Source: Candidatus Bathyarchaeota archaeon
GTDB taxonomy: Archaea; Thermoproteota; Bathyarchaeia; 40CM-2-53-6
DNA length: 64,000 nucleotides
Assembly: GCA_963833125.1 (NCBI GenBank)
Contig: CAWHWX010000009.1
Coordinates: forward strand, 1-64,000
Direction: 5' to 3'
Shown: piece after piece, positions 53,682 through 63,779 of the stretch
How positions within the stretch are numbered: position 1 is the first letter of the stretch
How the letters are laid out: each line of letters begins with the position of its first letter
The notes under the pieces: generated by a model
Databases searched by the model: none
What the model was told of the DNA's origin: nothing
What the model saw: the letters and a program-made list of their open reading frames with translations, nothing else
Translations under genes and position numbers: made by a program

Positions 53682-55010
53682 ATGCTGGTTTCTTGTTTGA
53701 TTCAGGGCTTGGATTGGATTCAGAAACGTACTGGGCTTGACCCGGTAGCGAATTCTGAAGCCCTGACTTTCGTGCAGACCTCGTCCTCGACGATGTGTAT
53801 GCAATGCCGTGGGAGCCGGATGCTCTGCGGAAAGGCTTACTGCCCGATCTTGTCAAAAGCAGACCTTCTTGTCAAACACTTGCCGAAACTCTCGAAGGAC
53901 GTGATCGATGGCTCCAGCCCGCCCGGTGCATTCGTAGGTCGAGTTGGTTATCCGAAGGTCTACATTGGTCCTCTGATTCCACCAGAGAAAGGGGACACGC
54001 GGGTTCTCGATACACCAGAACTTTGGATGGGCACCAGCATTCAGGGGATAATTGACTACCGATTCCGTTTGATCCGCGGGAAGTCGCTAGTTGAAGTTCA
54101 CGAGGCGCAGGATCCTGGGAGGTATTTGCTGGATCTTCACGACTTGGCCTTGTCTTCGACTTCTGTTGAAGTGAATGCGAAATTCAAGAAGAAACCTAGA
54201 ATGTCTGTGGTGCTCAGTGAGGAGACGCAACCCTTCGGTCCATCGGCTTTGATACAGAACCTTGAGATTGCTCCCAGCTCGGGAGAGCAGAAACTCGAGG
54301 CCGCGTACTATGACGGCGATTTACTTGCTGCAAATGGGATGATAGAATTATACCGGGACGGGGTTGAGGTTTCACGTATTCAAAAAACGCTTAGCCTCGG
54401 CATGCTTGGTGTTCAAGAGCAGAGGAAGATCGTTCCGACTCGTTGGAGCATAACCGCAGTCGATGACACCCTGTCCAAGCACCTTCTCCAGAAAGTCTAC
54501 CACTACCCAACCCTTGACAAATTTCAGGTCTACAAGTTTGAATACCTAGATAATTGGTACGCCGCGATTTTGTCGCCGCGAAATTGGGCGTTCGAATGGA
54601 TTGAAGCTTGGTTTCCAGGTACAGCTTGGAATGAAACTGGGAGTGTTCCGGCGCTGATGGGCGACCATGAACCTTTCGAAGGGCGAACGACCTACGCCTC
54701 TGTAGGAGGATGCTATTACTCCACTAGGCTTGCGGTGGCTGAAGCGTTGGAGAGGATGGAAAAACAAGCGTCGGCTTTGGTCCTCCGCGAAATCCGGCCC
54801 GGTTACGTTCTTCCTGTAGGCGTCTGGAATGTGCGAGAGAGCGTTCGCGCGGCCCTTAGAACGGCGCCCACCATATTCGACGACTTCCAGCACGCTCTTC
54901 ATTATGCTTGTATGGAGTTCAGGATTAAGCCCGATGTATGGATCAACAATAGCCACTTGATTCGCGAAGAAATCTTTCAGACTCGCCTGAGTCAATACTT
55001 TGGGCTATGA
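53682..55010 (+). CDS. nreA: Nre family DNA repair protein
   Basis: CMQCRG...LCGKAYCP, GSSPP..FVG..GYPKV, VPTRWSITAVD, GVWNVRE, C-terminal PIP box QTRLSQYF; the start may be further downstream. Confidence 0.9.
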   Translation: MLVSCLIQGLDWIQKRTGLDPVANSEALTFVQTSSSTMCMQCRGSRMLCGKAYCPILSKADLLVKHLPKLSKDVIDGSSPPGAFVGRVGYPKVYIGPLIPPEKGDTRVLDTPELWMGTSIQGIIDYRFRLIRGKSLVEVHEAQDPGRYLLDLHDLALSSTSVEVNAKFKKKPRMSVVLSEETQPFGPSALIQNLEIAPSSGEQKLEAAYYDGDLLAANGMIELYRDGVEVSRIQKTLSLGMLGVQEQRKIVPTRWSITAVDDTLSKHLLQKVYHYPTLDKFQVYKFEYLDNWYAAILSPRNWAFEWIEAWFPGTAWNETGSVPALMGDHEPFEGRTTYASVGGCYYSTRLAVAEALERMEKQASALVLREIRPGYVLPVGVWNVRESVRAALRTAPTIFDDFQHALHYACMEFRIKPDVWINNSHLIREEIFQTRLSQYFGL

Positions 55011-55136
55011 GAAGATGTGTAGCGCAGTGTAGTGATTAATGCTTAACAGGAACTGGTGGAATCCACACAGCCTCTTTTTCCGTAATAGTGTTTAAACCGC
55101 AGATATCGATATATCGACACTTACATGTGATTCTGA

Positions 55137-55757
55137 ATGAAGATTCGTACTAGAGGTCCCACTATCGTCTACTTGATTCTGTTAATCGCTTTAGCAGTTA
55201 GTTTGCTACCGCTGAGCTTGGCTTCAACAATAACGAACTACGGAGATCAGAATGTGGAGCAGTGGGCTGGCACGATTGGCGGCAACGAGGTTCAAGCATA
55301 CGTCATGTTTTCCGTCCCAGGCCCGGCTGTAATCCATTCCATCTCCATGTATATGCAGTATTCAGGGTCGGACGGTAGCCAATGTATGTGGTTTGGAATC
55401 TACCAGGACAATGGGAACGGGAGCCCCGCAGGCCAACCCTTAGTTGCTTCCACGAAAACGACCTATTGCCTTCGCGGTTCGGCCAGCTGGGGACCTGCTT
55501 GGCAAACATGGAAGCTTCGTACAAATGATACGCTGAGTATCCCCGCTGGTGGAGATTATTGGCTTGCTACCCTCGCAGCGCAATCCTACGGAAATATCTA
55601 CCACTATGCTTACAGCTCAAGCTACGACTACACATACGGATACGCCACCTACTTCTTCACGACTCCTTATTCACTCGGGTTCCCAACTTTCTTCGCCAGT
55701 AATCCAGCCTGGGAAGGCAACGGCCCTTACAGTGTCTACGTAACCGCATCGTCTTGA
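55137..55757 (+). CDS. Secreted hypothetical protein
   Basis: Signal peptide; beta-rich, Tyr-rich body; upstream TTTAAA box at 55091. Confidence 0.65.
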   Translation: MKIRTRGPTIVYLILLIALAVSLLPLSLASTITNYGDQNVEQWAGTIGGNEVQAYVMFSVPGPAVIHSISMYMQYSGSDGSQCMWFGIYQDNGNGSPAGQPLVASTKTTYCLRGSASWGPAWQTWKLRTNDTLSIPAGGDYWLATLAAQSYGNIYHYAYSSSYDYTYGYATYFFTTPYSLGFPTFFASNPAWEGNGPYSVYVTASS

Positions 55758-55800
55758 TTAGCGAGGCAAATCGACACCCCCGAATCGCAGTGATCCGCTA

Positions 55801-57051
55801 ATGCAAAAACTTCGACTCTCGATACTTCTAACCACCCTCGCCCTGCTTTCAATAATCACATTCGCAAGCTTGCAAGCTCATGCGGATCCGCTCCTGAACG
55901 CTGGAACATTTTTCGGTTCTGCCGCGACGGTGGACAGCGAGGGAAGCCTGATCGTGATAGGGAGCAGCTCATCTTTCAGTAATGGACAGTCACAAGCGTT
56001 TTTGTTCAAATTTGTGTCTTCCCTTCCTGATTCCCCCACCGGTCAACGTGCTTGCATGCGAACATTTGGAAACGCCGAACCTTACGACACCTTTGGCTAC
56101 GCTGTAGCGACCGATACTTCGAACAGCATCTACATAACCGGCTCTACCCAAACATTCGGAGGAGAAAACTACAACGTATTCCTCCAGAAATACGATCAAT
56201 CATGCAATCTACTTTACACGAAACAATGGGCAGGCCAGGGCAATGATATTCCTCGCGGAATCACCACTGACGCGTTCGACAACGTCTACATAACAGGATA
56301 CACGAACAGTTTCGATAATGGTTCAACCCAGATCTTCCTTCTGAAGTACACAGGGGTTGGCGATCTGCAATTCTCGAAGCTGTGGGGAGGCGTACGAAAT
56401 GACTACGGTTACAGCGTTGCTTCCGACAACTTAGGCAATGTGTACGTGGTCGGAACTACCAACAGTTTCGGTGCTGGCGGTTCGGATGCTGTGTTACTGA
56501 AATACGACTCTTCAGGAAATCTACTTTACCAGAAAACATGGGGCGGAACACAGAACGATTATGGAACCGGGGTTGCGGTTGACGCTGGAGGGTACGTTTA
56601 CGTGACCGGCTACACTTACAGCCTTGGTCCAACCCCTGGAATTCCAAGTGTTTTTCTGCTAAAATATGACCCCTCCGGAAACCTCCTCTTCCAGAAAACT
56701 TGGGGAGGCATTAAGAACGATTTCGCCACAGGGATCACCGTCGACCTTGACGGGAATGTCTACGTGGTAGGTTACACGAAAAGCTACAGCATAAACCCAG
56801 GCATTCCAAGCGCATTCCTCTTGAAATTCGACCAATCCGGAAATTTGCTGTTCATGAAAGTTTGGGGAGGCAACAGAGGCGATTTTGCATATGGCGTCGC
56901 TGTTGACACCGCAGAAAACGTGTACGTAACGGGCTACACGTATAGCTTCGGCCCAAACACTCAAGGAACAAACTACTTCATCTTGAAATACGATTATTTC
57001 GGGAACCTGCTGTTCCAAAAACTCTACGGCGGCGGTATCCCCGACCCGTAA
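55801..57051 (+). CDS. SBBP-repeat beta-propeller surface protein
   Basis: Signal peptide; about six ~53-aa repeats WGG..ND.G.G.AVD..GNVYVTGYT.S...FLLKYD.SGNLLF. Confidence 0.88.
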   Translation: MQKLRLSILLTTLALLSIITFASLQAHADPLLNAGTFFGSAATVDSEGSLIVIGSSSSFSNGQSQAFLFKFVSSLPDSPTGQRACMRTFGNAEPYDTFGYAVATDTSNSIYITGSTQTFGGENYNVFLQKYDQSCNLLYTKQWAGQGNDIPRGITTDAFDNVYITGYTNSFDNGSTQIFLLKYTGVGDLQFSKLWGGVRNDYGYSVASDNLGNVYVVGTTNSFGAGGSDAVLLKYDSSGNLLYQKTWGGTQNDYGTGVAVDAGGYVYVTGYTYSLGPTPGIPSVFLLKYDPSGNLLFQKTWGGIKNDFATGITVDLDGNVYVVGYTKSYSINPGIPSAFLLKFDQSGNLLFMKVWGGNRGDFAYGVAVDTAENVYVTGYTYSFGPNTQGTNYFILKYDYFGNLLFQKLYGGGIPDP

Positions 57052-57391
57052 AATGATAATCCGAACACCACTCCCAAACAGATCACTCAAAGAGCTCCAA
57101 GTTCCCTAGAAATTCGCAAAGTCACGTTGAATGGTTAATCGTCGACGAAAAAATTCTACCTTCTTGTGACCGGCTCGTTAAGTCACTAAACTCTCCGCAA
57201 ACTCGTTTGAACCTGAGTTCAGAACAGGCTGGATGGTAGGTTCCGAAAAATAGAAAAGATAGACGAAATTGAACGCCATGGCTAACCTCCTTCTCAACGG
57301 AAGTGTCGCGGAGGCCATTGGCCATAGGAAAAACATCGAACCATGCAGGGATTAGACTTGCGAAAGGTCATGGCGTGTCTTCCGCAAAAGC

Positions 57392-57796
57392 ATGAGTTCA
57401 TTCGCTTTCAGCGAGCTGGTCTCTAGTATAGCAATTCAACCTCAAATCCTTGAATTCCTTCATAAATTTGGCTACCAGGTAACTGCTCCAAAGAGAATCA
57501 GCGGACGTTCAGGTGAGGAGCAAACTTTCGACTTTTCGGCAACAAAGGATGGGGAAGAGATTGTATTTGATATCGCCTCGGAACCAACGGAGATTGGCGC
57601 GGAAGCGATTGTAACTTTCTTCGCTAAGATCTTCGACACTAAACCACGTCGAGCCATTCTGATCTGCATTCCCGGGGTTAACCGCAACGCGAGAAACCTG
57701 ATAACAATGTACAGCATCCAAACGGCGACCGGAAGTGACGTTAACCAAGTACTCCTAAGACTTTCAGAATTGCTCGGAGTCCACGCCCCCTCTTGA
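57392..57796 (+). CDS. Stand-alone restriction-endonuclease-like (PD-(D/E)xK-fold) domain protein
   Basis: GYQV...ISGRSGEEQTFDFSA...FAKIFD...AILICIP pattern; catalytic residues look degenerate. Confidence 0.5.
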   Translation: MSSFAFSELVSSIAIQPQILEFLHKFGYQVTAPKRISGRSGEEQTFDFSATKDGEEIVFDIASEPTEIGAEAIVTFFAKIFDTKPRRAILICIPGVNRNARNLITMYSIQTATGSDVNQVLLRLSELLGVHAPS

Positions 57797-58635
57797 CCCC
57801 AAACGATCAGAGGAAGACAACAAGGCTGAGAGCGCATACTCCATCTATACCCATTATGAATCTAACGTCAATCTGCGTGTTCATGTTCGATCTTGACGGA
57901 ACACTTTGGATCGGTAAAGAGAATCCTCGTTACTTAGGCGGGAGGCAGGTCGTAAGGAAGCTTAAGGATTCTGGAAGGAAAACATTCGTCCTAACCAACG
58001 ATTCTACGCATTCGCGCGAAGAGATATATCAGAACCTCGCTAGACTTGGGTTTAGTTTTACCATTGATGAAATATTGACGTCAAGCTACTTGACTGCTCA
58101 GTATTTGACTGAACAATTTGGCACTGCGTCGTTCTACCTGATTGGTGAAAACGGATTAAAACACGAACTGGAGGCTGCGGGACATCATGCATCAGCCGAA
58201 CCAGAGGTTGTGGTGGTAGGTTTAGACAGACAGATGACCTATGAGAAACTCGATGGAGGGCTACAGTTTCTGCGGGCGGGGGCTCGTTTGGTTGGAAGCT
58301 ATGGGGGAGCAGTATACATGGGCGACCGCGGACCTGCCCTGTCGGCGGGGTCCATAATCAAGGCGCTGGAGTTCGCAAGCGGAAAGAAAGCAGTGATGAT
58401 CGGGAAACCATCCCCCCGAATGTTCACGCTCGCCCTCAAACTCGCTAATGGGAAGGCCAGCAAGGCTGCGATGGTTGGGGACCAAATAGAAACAGACGTA
58501 GTAGGAGCCCGGAAAGCCGGCGTTCACACGATTCTCGTCCTAACAGGAGTTGAGACTCGAGAATCAGTAAATCGTTCTAAGATTAAACCCGAGATTACTA
58601 TCGACAACCTAGACAATCTCGAAACCCTTCTCTGA
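57793..58635 (+). CDS. HAD-IIA (NagD-like) phosphatase
   Basis: FDLDGTLW, LTND, IGKPS, MVGDQIETDV, LVLTG; likely ATG start at 57856. Confidence 0.9.
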   Translation: MTPNDQRKTTRLRAHTPSIPIMNLTSICVFMFDLDGTLWIGKENPRYLGGRQVVRKLKDSGRKTFVLTNDSTHSREEIYQNLARLGFSFTIDEILTSSYLTAQYLTEQFGTASFYLIGENGLKHELEAAGHHASAEPEVVVVGLDRQMTYEKLDGGLQFLRAGARLVGSYGGAVYMGDRGPALSAGSIIKALEFASGKKAVMIGKPSPRMFTLALKLANGKASKAAMVGDQIETDVVGARKAGVHTILVLTGVETRESVNRSKIKPEITIDNLDNLETLL

Positions 58636-58734
58636 TCTGCATAATCGCGCCGGCCGGTCCGAACGCCTGCATAACCCTTAAGACTACCTCGCTCGTGTTC
58701 ATCCTTTACCGTTTGAATAGAAGTCGACTTGAAA

Positions 58735-59354
58735 ATGTCAGAGGAACAAGGACAAGCAGCCGGCGTTCCGGCACCCAACGTAAAAGTTAGCGAACTCGGC
58801 CCCTACTCGAAACAGGTCAATGCAACCGTTAAGGTCGTCCAGAAGGGCGAGGCTAGAGAGACAGTGTCACGACAAGACGGCACGACACACCGCGTGTTAG
58901 ATGCACTTGTCGGGGACGATACTGGAACCATCTACATGACGCTCTGGGACGAAAACATCGACAAAGTCAACGAAGGTGACTCCGTCAATGTCAAAAACGG
59001 TTACGTGCGACCGTTCAAGGGATCAATGCGCCTAAACATCGGACGATACGGATCCCTGGAACCCGCTGAAACCCCACTTGGCGACGTAAACACCCAGAAC
59101 AACCTATCCGACAAAGTAGTCGAAGAACGACCCTACCGCTCATATGGAGGCGGAAGAGGAGGCGGCTACGGCGGCGGACGAGGCGGAGGCTACGGCGGAG
59201 GGCGAGGAGGCGGGTACGGCGGCGGACGAGGCGGAGGCTACGGCGGAGGGCGAGGAGGCGGGTACGGCGGCGGACGAGGCGGAGGGGCGGCGGTGGCGGC
59301 TACGGACGTGGCCGTGACAGAGGCTACGGCGACAGAGGACGCGACCGATACTAG
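58735..59354 (+). CDS. ssb: Crenarchaeal-type single-OB-fold SSB with (GGGRGGGY)n tail; frameshift near 59285
   Basis: KVSEL...VNATVKV, VGDDTGTIYMTLWD, VKNGYV..FKG.MRLNIGRYG; the shifted tail ends GRGRDRGYGDRGRDRY*. Confidence 0.88.
59143..59302 (+). repeat. 24-bp tandem coding repeat (YGGGRGGG)
   Basis: About six copies of tacggcggcggacgaggcggaggc-like units. Confidence 0.85.
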
Positions 59355-59472
59355 CCATCCGAACTGGCAGCTGTACGCTGCGAATAATTCCCCCAGAAAT
59401 TTTCTTTTTCTGTTTTCCAACATCTTCCTAGTTACTTTTAGGCAGCATGAATCGTTTCGCGTATCGGAAGCA

Positions 59473-59700
59473 TTATTCCGGTTTTGATAACGTTAGAATC
59501 AGTTCACGGAGCTTCTTCGGGAAACGTTTGGATTGGATCGTGTAGCCCTTCTGACGTAGCATCTCTCCCAAGCGCGAAGAACCTGACCACACCTCTTCCT
59601 TCGTAGTCCAACAAATCCTTCCGTCCTGAAGGAACCAGATTTCGCTGTCATTCGCTATGACATCGACACCATCGATCCTTCTGCGCAGATCCATCTCCAT
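59473..59700 (-). CDS. Hypothetical 75-aa protein
   Basis: ATG-started ORF filling the gap, divergent from the ParB-like gene; no recognised motif. Confidence 0.45.
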   Translation of the reverse strand: MEMDLRRRIDGVDVIANDSEIWFLQDGRICWTTKEEVWSGSSRLGEMLRQKGYTIQSKRFPKKLRELILTLSKPE

Positions 59701-59738
59701 TAGCCCTGCTCGAATTCTTTAAACAGAACGATTTAAGA

Positions 59739-60650
59739 TTGTATACTTACTCCCTGTTGTGTTTGGGTGCCCGAAATTTGGTAACACTAGCAGAATTGGA
59801 AACAAACAAGTTATTCGTTGGAGACTCCAACGTCCGCAAATCTGTTGGGGATATAACCGAACTTAAACTCTCTATAGAAGAAAAAGGGATACTAGAACCG
59901 CTTCTCGTTAGACCATTAAAGAATAGATTCGAGATTGTGGTCGGTTCAAGACGCTATGAAGCAGCCAAAGCCTTGGGCCTAAGGAAAGTACCAGTCCTCA
60001 TCAGACCGATGAGTGACACGGAAGCGCTCTCACTCTCATTAGTAGAGAATATTCAGAGAACCGATCTTGAGCTTGAAGAGGAGGCCGAAGGGGTGCTCAG
60101 ATTGATGAAGCTCGATCCGAAACGATTTGCAAATGCCAGATCCGTTGCAAAGGTTCTAGGTCGCTCGGAAAGCGCCGTTCGAGAGCTGCTCGACGCTTAC
60201 GAATTAACTTTCAAACTTCGAGAGAAAGGTATGCAGATTCACGCAGCTAGAGCTCCTCCCGAAGAGCAAAGACAACGAGCGGAAGCAATCCCACTTGCGC
60301 ATACCGAACTCATCGCACGTGCCATAAAGACCGCAGAAGTGAAAAGACTACCAACGCGCGAGTTCGACCGCAAGATTCCGGAAATCGTCAGAGCCATAGC
60401 TCCCCTCCCTGAAGCAGATGCGAGGAAAGTGGTGGACCGTTTCAAGATGTTTCCTGAGAGATCGATTCAAGCGATAAAGGAAGAAGCCCTAGCAAAGCAG
60501 ACCGGAGTTGCGGTCAAAATATACTTCTCACCAAGAATTGCCCGAGCCCTGAACCAAGCTGCTGAGGAACGCGACCTCTCTGAAGACGAACTGGCCTCGA
60601 TTGCAGTGGAAGAATGGCTAGTACTCAAGGGATATTTGAAATCAGTCTGA
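59739..60650 (+). CDS. ParB/Srx N-terminal domain protein with HTH and C-terminal RHH-like segment
   Basis: LSIEEKGILEPLLVRP, EIVVGSRRYEAAK, SLVENIQRTDL, VAKVLGRSESAV. Confidence 0.85.
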   Translation: MYTYSLLCLGARNLVTLAELETNKLFVGDSNVRKSVGDITELKLSIEEKGILEPLLVRPLKNRFEIVVGSRRYEAAKALGLRKVPVLIRPMSDTEALSLSLVENIQRTDLELEEEAEGVLRLMKLDPKRFANARSVAKVLGRSESAVRELLDAYELTFKLREKGMQIHAARAPPEEQRQRAEAIPLAHTELIARAIKTAEVKRLPTREFDRKIPEIVRAIAPLPEADARKVVDRFKMFPERSIQAIKEEALAKQTGVAVKIYFSPRIARALNQAAEERDLSEDELASIAVEEWLVLKGYLKSV

Positions 60651-60701
60651 TATCGGAAAAAGTTTGAGCGACTTCAGGATTTGAAGACGCCATGTGGTTG
60701 A

Positions 60702-61342
60702 TCAGAGCCTTGGCAGCACGTATTGTGTAATTATGTACAGCGCCACGAAATAGATTACTAACAGTACAAGCGCAATTGCTAGATTCTTCTTCCAGTTAGG
60801 ACTCCAAGCTATTCCAAATGGTATCCCTAACGAGAAAGCCGATGACGTGTGAGATATAGGCGACATTACTCTGAAGGTTGAAGTAAACAGCCAACGCATT
60901 GTACAAGAAATATACTATCGCTACCATTCCGACCGGCATCAGGAGAAGCCAAGAAAACCGGAGGGGCTTCATCAACATCACGACAGCCGCCAGAGTGAAA
61001 ATCGCTGCCGATGCACCGACAAAGGTAACGCCGGGTTGGAAAGAACGGAAGGTTGAGTGGGAAGCTAAGTATACCTCCGAAAAAAACACAGTAAGCATTC
61101 GTTTCGAATTCGTCACGCTCTCCAGAGTGTTGCCGAAAACATAGAGGAAGATCATATTCCCGAGTAGGTGGATTAGGCTAGCATGCACGAAGATTGCGGT
61201 CACCAGGGTCCATATCCTGCCCTCTTGCAGGTTCGTAAGACTGAAGACAAGGTTGTGTTCAACTGTGGTAGGATCAGCTCCGTAGAGGGCATAGAGAGTT
61301 GCAGCGATACAGATCAAGATGAGAACATTGGTGGCCCTCATG
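60702..61342 (-). CDS. Rhomboid intramembrane serine protease, frameshifted
   Basis: WTLVTAIFVHASLIHLLGNM, VGASAAIF, VAYISHVIGF. Confidence 0.85.
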
Positions 61343-62101
61343 GATGAGAACACGAATCCAGCGGATAACGTGATGAATCAAAGCTTACACCAAAAAAACT
61401 TCTCTAACACTCTTCTTTTGATTCCCACACTCAACGAAGAAGAGGCAGTGGAAGGAATCGTTACTGAAGCAGCAAAATCTGGTTTTTCTAACATAATCGT
61501 GGTCGACGGGTTCAGCACCGACCGGACGCGGGAACTCGCAGCAGCGGCCGGAACCACGGTTATCGAACAGGAATTCGGCAGAGGGAAGGGATGCGGGATC
61601 CGAACAGGTATGAAGTTCTTCCTTCAAGGCAACGCCGAATTTCTTTGCATCATAGATGGAGACGGAACTAACATCCCTTCACACTTGGAAAACATGATTC
61701 TTCTCGCCCAGGAAGGGCGAGCTGACGTAGTAATGGGCTCTCGAATACGCGGTAAGAGAGACCACAAAGCAATGAATCTCCTAAGTATTGCCTCCAACCT
61801 TACCGTCTCACTCCTTTTCAGTGCCAAGTTTAGACATCTGTTCACAGACGTCCAGACCGGTTACTGGCTTTTCTCAAGATCAGCAGTACAAAGAATCTAT
61901 CCACTAATTCATTCTAGAGGCTTCGAAATCGAAATGGAACTGTTCGTCACAATCCTCAGAGAGAAACTACGACTCCGCGAAGTTCCCGTTGGGTTTAGGC
62001 GACGCCGAGGATCAACAAAGTTCAGCCTTCGACTTAGGTTGAGGAATCTATATTACGCATTCAAATATCTCTCATCAAGAACTACCGCAAACCCCACATG
62101 A
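61319..62101 (+). CDS. Glycosyltransferase family 2 (DPM-like)
   Basis: IPTLNEE, VDGFSTD, GKGCG, IDGDGT, TDVQTGY, GFEIEME. Confidence 0.88.
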   Translation: MRTLVALMDENTNPADNVMNQSLHQKNFSNTLLLIPTLNEEEAVEGIVTEAAKSGFSNIIVVDGFSTDRTRELAAAAGTTVIEQEFGRGKGCGIRTGMKFFLQGNAEFLCIIDGDGTNIPSHLENMILLAQEGRADVVMGSRIRGKRDHKAMNLLSIASNLTVSLLFSAKFRHLFTDVQTGYWLFSRSAVQRIYPLIHSRGFEIEMELFVTILREKLRLREVPVGFRRRRGSTKFSLRLRLRNLYYAFKYLSSRTTANPT

Positions 62102-62131
62102 TTATAGAGCGAAAGTAATTCGGTTCGTGAG

Positions 62132-62545
62132 GTGTATGAATTGGGTGCGCGAACTGCGATCGGCGTTGTGATGTCGATACTAGGCTTGCTACTCCTTCTG
62201 TTCAGTGGCTATGAACTTAACAGCCTGTTTTTCATCGACAAATTGGCCACAGTGGCTGACATTCCATCTTACAGCGTAAATGTGGTAATGCCCTTCTTAC
62301 TCGGGATAATGGCCCTTCTCGATGGATCAATAATCCTCGGCTTAAAACGGTCGTTCAGCCTCAGCATTCATCTGCTCGTAAATTTCGTCTGGCTCTATGC
62401 GGCCTACATGCTCTACGACAACCTGGCGATACCCATAACAGACATCACAGCATACCATCAAGTATTCCTGCTAGGCTTCTTGGGTTTGATTCTCTTCGTC
62501 GTCGGAGTTATAGCCAACGACATACCCAAACGCAAAACGACTTAA
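62132..62545 (+). CDS. Four-TM membrane protein, hypothetical
   Basis: Four hydrophobic segments and a basic C-terminus. Confidence 0.6.
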   Translation: MYELGARTAIGVVMSILGLLLLLFSGYELNSLFFIDKLATVADIPSYSVNVVMPFLLGIMALLDGSIILGLKRSFSLSIHLLVNFVWLYAAYMLYDNLAIPITDITAYHQVFLLGFLGLILFVVGVIANDIPKRKTT

Positions 62546-63182
62546 TCAAACAAGCTTGCGTTCCCTGAGGCCACCCTTTTTCGAAACATACGGGTTCCCG
62601 TAAATGTAAAACCTCCAAAGCTTATCCAAACCACTCCTGATTCCAACTCGTGTTGAACACCAAATTTCAAAGTCGCGTTCCCCGCGATCTGTGACCAAAA
62701 GGGGACCCCTGACGGTCATATCTTGTTCGTTCAGCGACTTACTTATCGCGAATGCCTTTGTCAGTTTACCTGGACCATTTGTCAACTCTAAGTCTGATAC
62801 ATTCGGTCGGAAATGCTTCATCGCAGTCAATTCCCTCTACTGGTTGAACCGCCCGAAATAACACAGCTCCAGGCGTTCCGGGTGCCTGGGTGGTAATGTT
62901 CAGGCAGTAATGATTTCCGTAAGTGAAGTAAATGTAGGCGTGACCGGGTTCATCAAACATTGGTGCATTTCTTGGGGTAAGACCACGAAAAGCGTGACTA
63001 GCTGGGTCATCACTGCCGCGATAAGCCTCGACTTCAACGATCCACCCCACCATTCGCTTCGAACCCGTAGTTCTAACCAAATATTTGCCGAGAAGATTTC
63101 TTGCGACTTCAACAGTGTCCCGAGCAAAGAATGAGGATTGAAGTATTCGTGATCCAGCCAATTGCTCAAAGACCACAAGCAT
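62546..63182 (-). CDS. mpg: DNA-3-methyladenine glycosylase (MPG/AAG), frameshift near 62830
   Basis: VARNLLGK, IVEVEAYRG.DDPASH, AYIYFTYGNHYCLN, LTNGPGKL, RVGI, WRFY. Confidence 0.92.
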
Positions 63183-63233
63183 TGGCTCGAAAGAAAACGA
63201 GTGGGCAAGTAACTCCTGAGGGTCGGTGTGAGA

Positions 63234-63779
63234 TTATTTTACTATGGATTCGAGTGGGACGTAGGTGTCGGTGTCGTGTACGGCGCCGAGTTTAGCGATC
63301 TTGTTCTCCACTAGGGAAGCTATCTTTTTGGGGGGTGGGTTCACGAAGCTCTTCTCAACCTCCAGTTCAGCCAAGACGTCCGCTTTTCCGAAGAGCAGGT
63401 AGACGCCCCGGACCTCGGGCAGCGCCATTAACTTACTCATCAGCCCCTTCTCCTTACCCGCTTCGCTCATGACAAAGACGAAGCCTTTCTGGGTGGGGCG
63501 TTCAGGTGGTCTTGGAGGGTGAACTTCGGCTTCGATTGGTATGATCGTTCTAGTGTCGATGACGCCTCCAGCCTTCCTCACTTTATCGATGACAACTTCA
63601 GCAACCCGTTGCCTGGGGTCAATCTCTGTTTCCTCGGATTCTAGGGCTACTAGTAAGTCGAATTTACCCGTGATCAAGTGAATCTCGCGAACTTCGGGCA
63701 GAGACTTGAAGCGATCAAGGATTTCTTTCTCCATCCCCGGTTTCGTCTTTACGAGAAGAAAACTCCTCAAATCAACCAC
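63234..63779 (-). CDS. Tandem Lrp/AsnC ligand-binding (RAM) domain protein without HTH
   Basis: Two copies of F.LV...PG.E......LPEVR..HL..GK.D.L..LE...V.DT.T. Confidence 0.8.
   Translation of the reverse strand: MVDLRSFLLVKTKPGMEKEILDRFKSLPEVREIHLITGKFDLLVALESEETEIDPRQRVAEVVIDKVRKAGGVIDTRTIIPIEAEVHPPRPPERPTQKGFVFVMSEAGKEKGLMSKLMALPEVRGVYLLFGKADVLAELEVEKSFVNPPPKKIASLVENKIAKLGAVHDTDTYVPLESIVK

Noticed and set aside
59143-59302. Short tandem repeats as a possible CRISPR array
   Set aside because: Contiguous in-frame coding repeats without spacers. No repeat-spacer array or cas gene was seen anywhere in the window.
59355-59487. Ala/Thr-rich and hydrophobic extension of SSB in the ORF track
   Set aside because: Product of a frameshift near 59285; the alternative frame continues the Gly/Arg/Tyr pattern to a stop at 59354.
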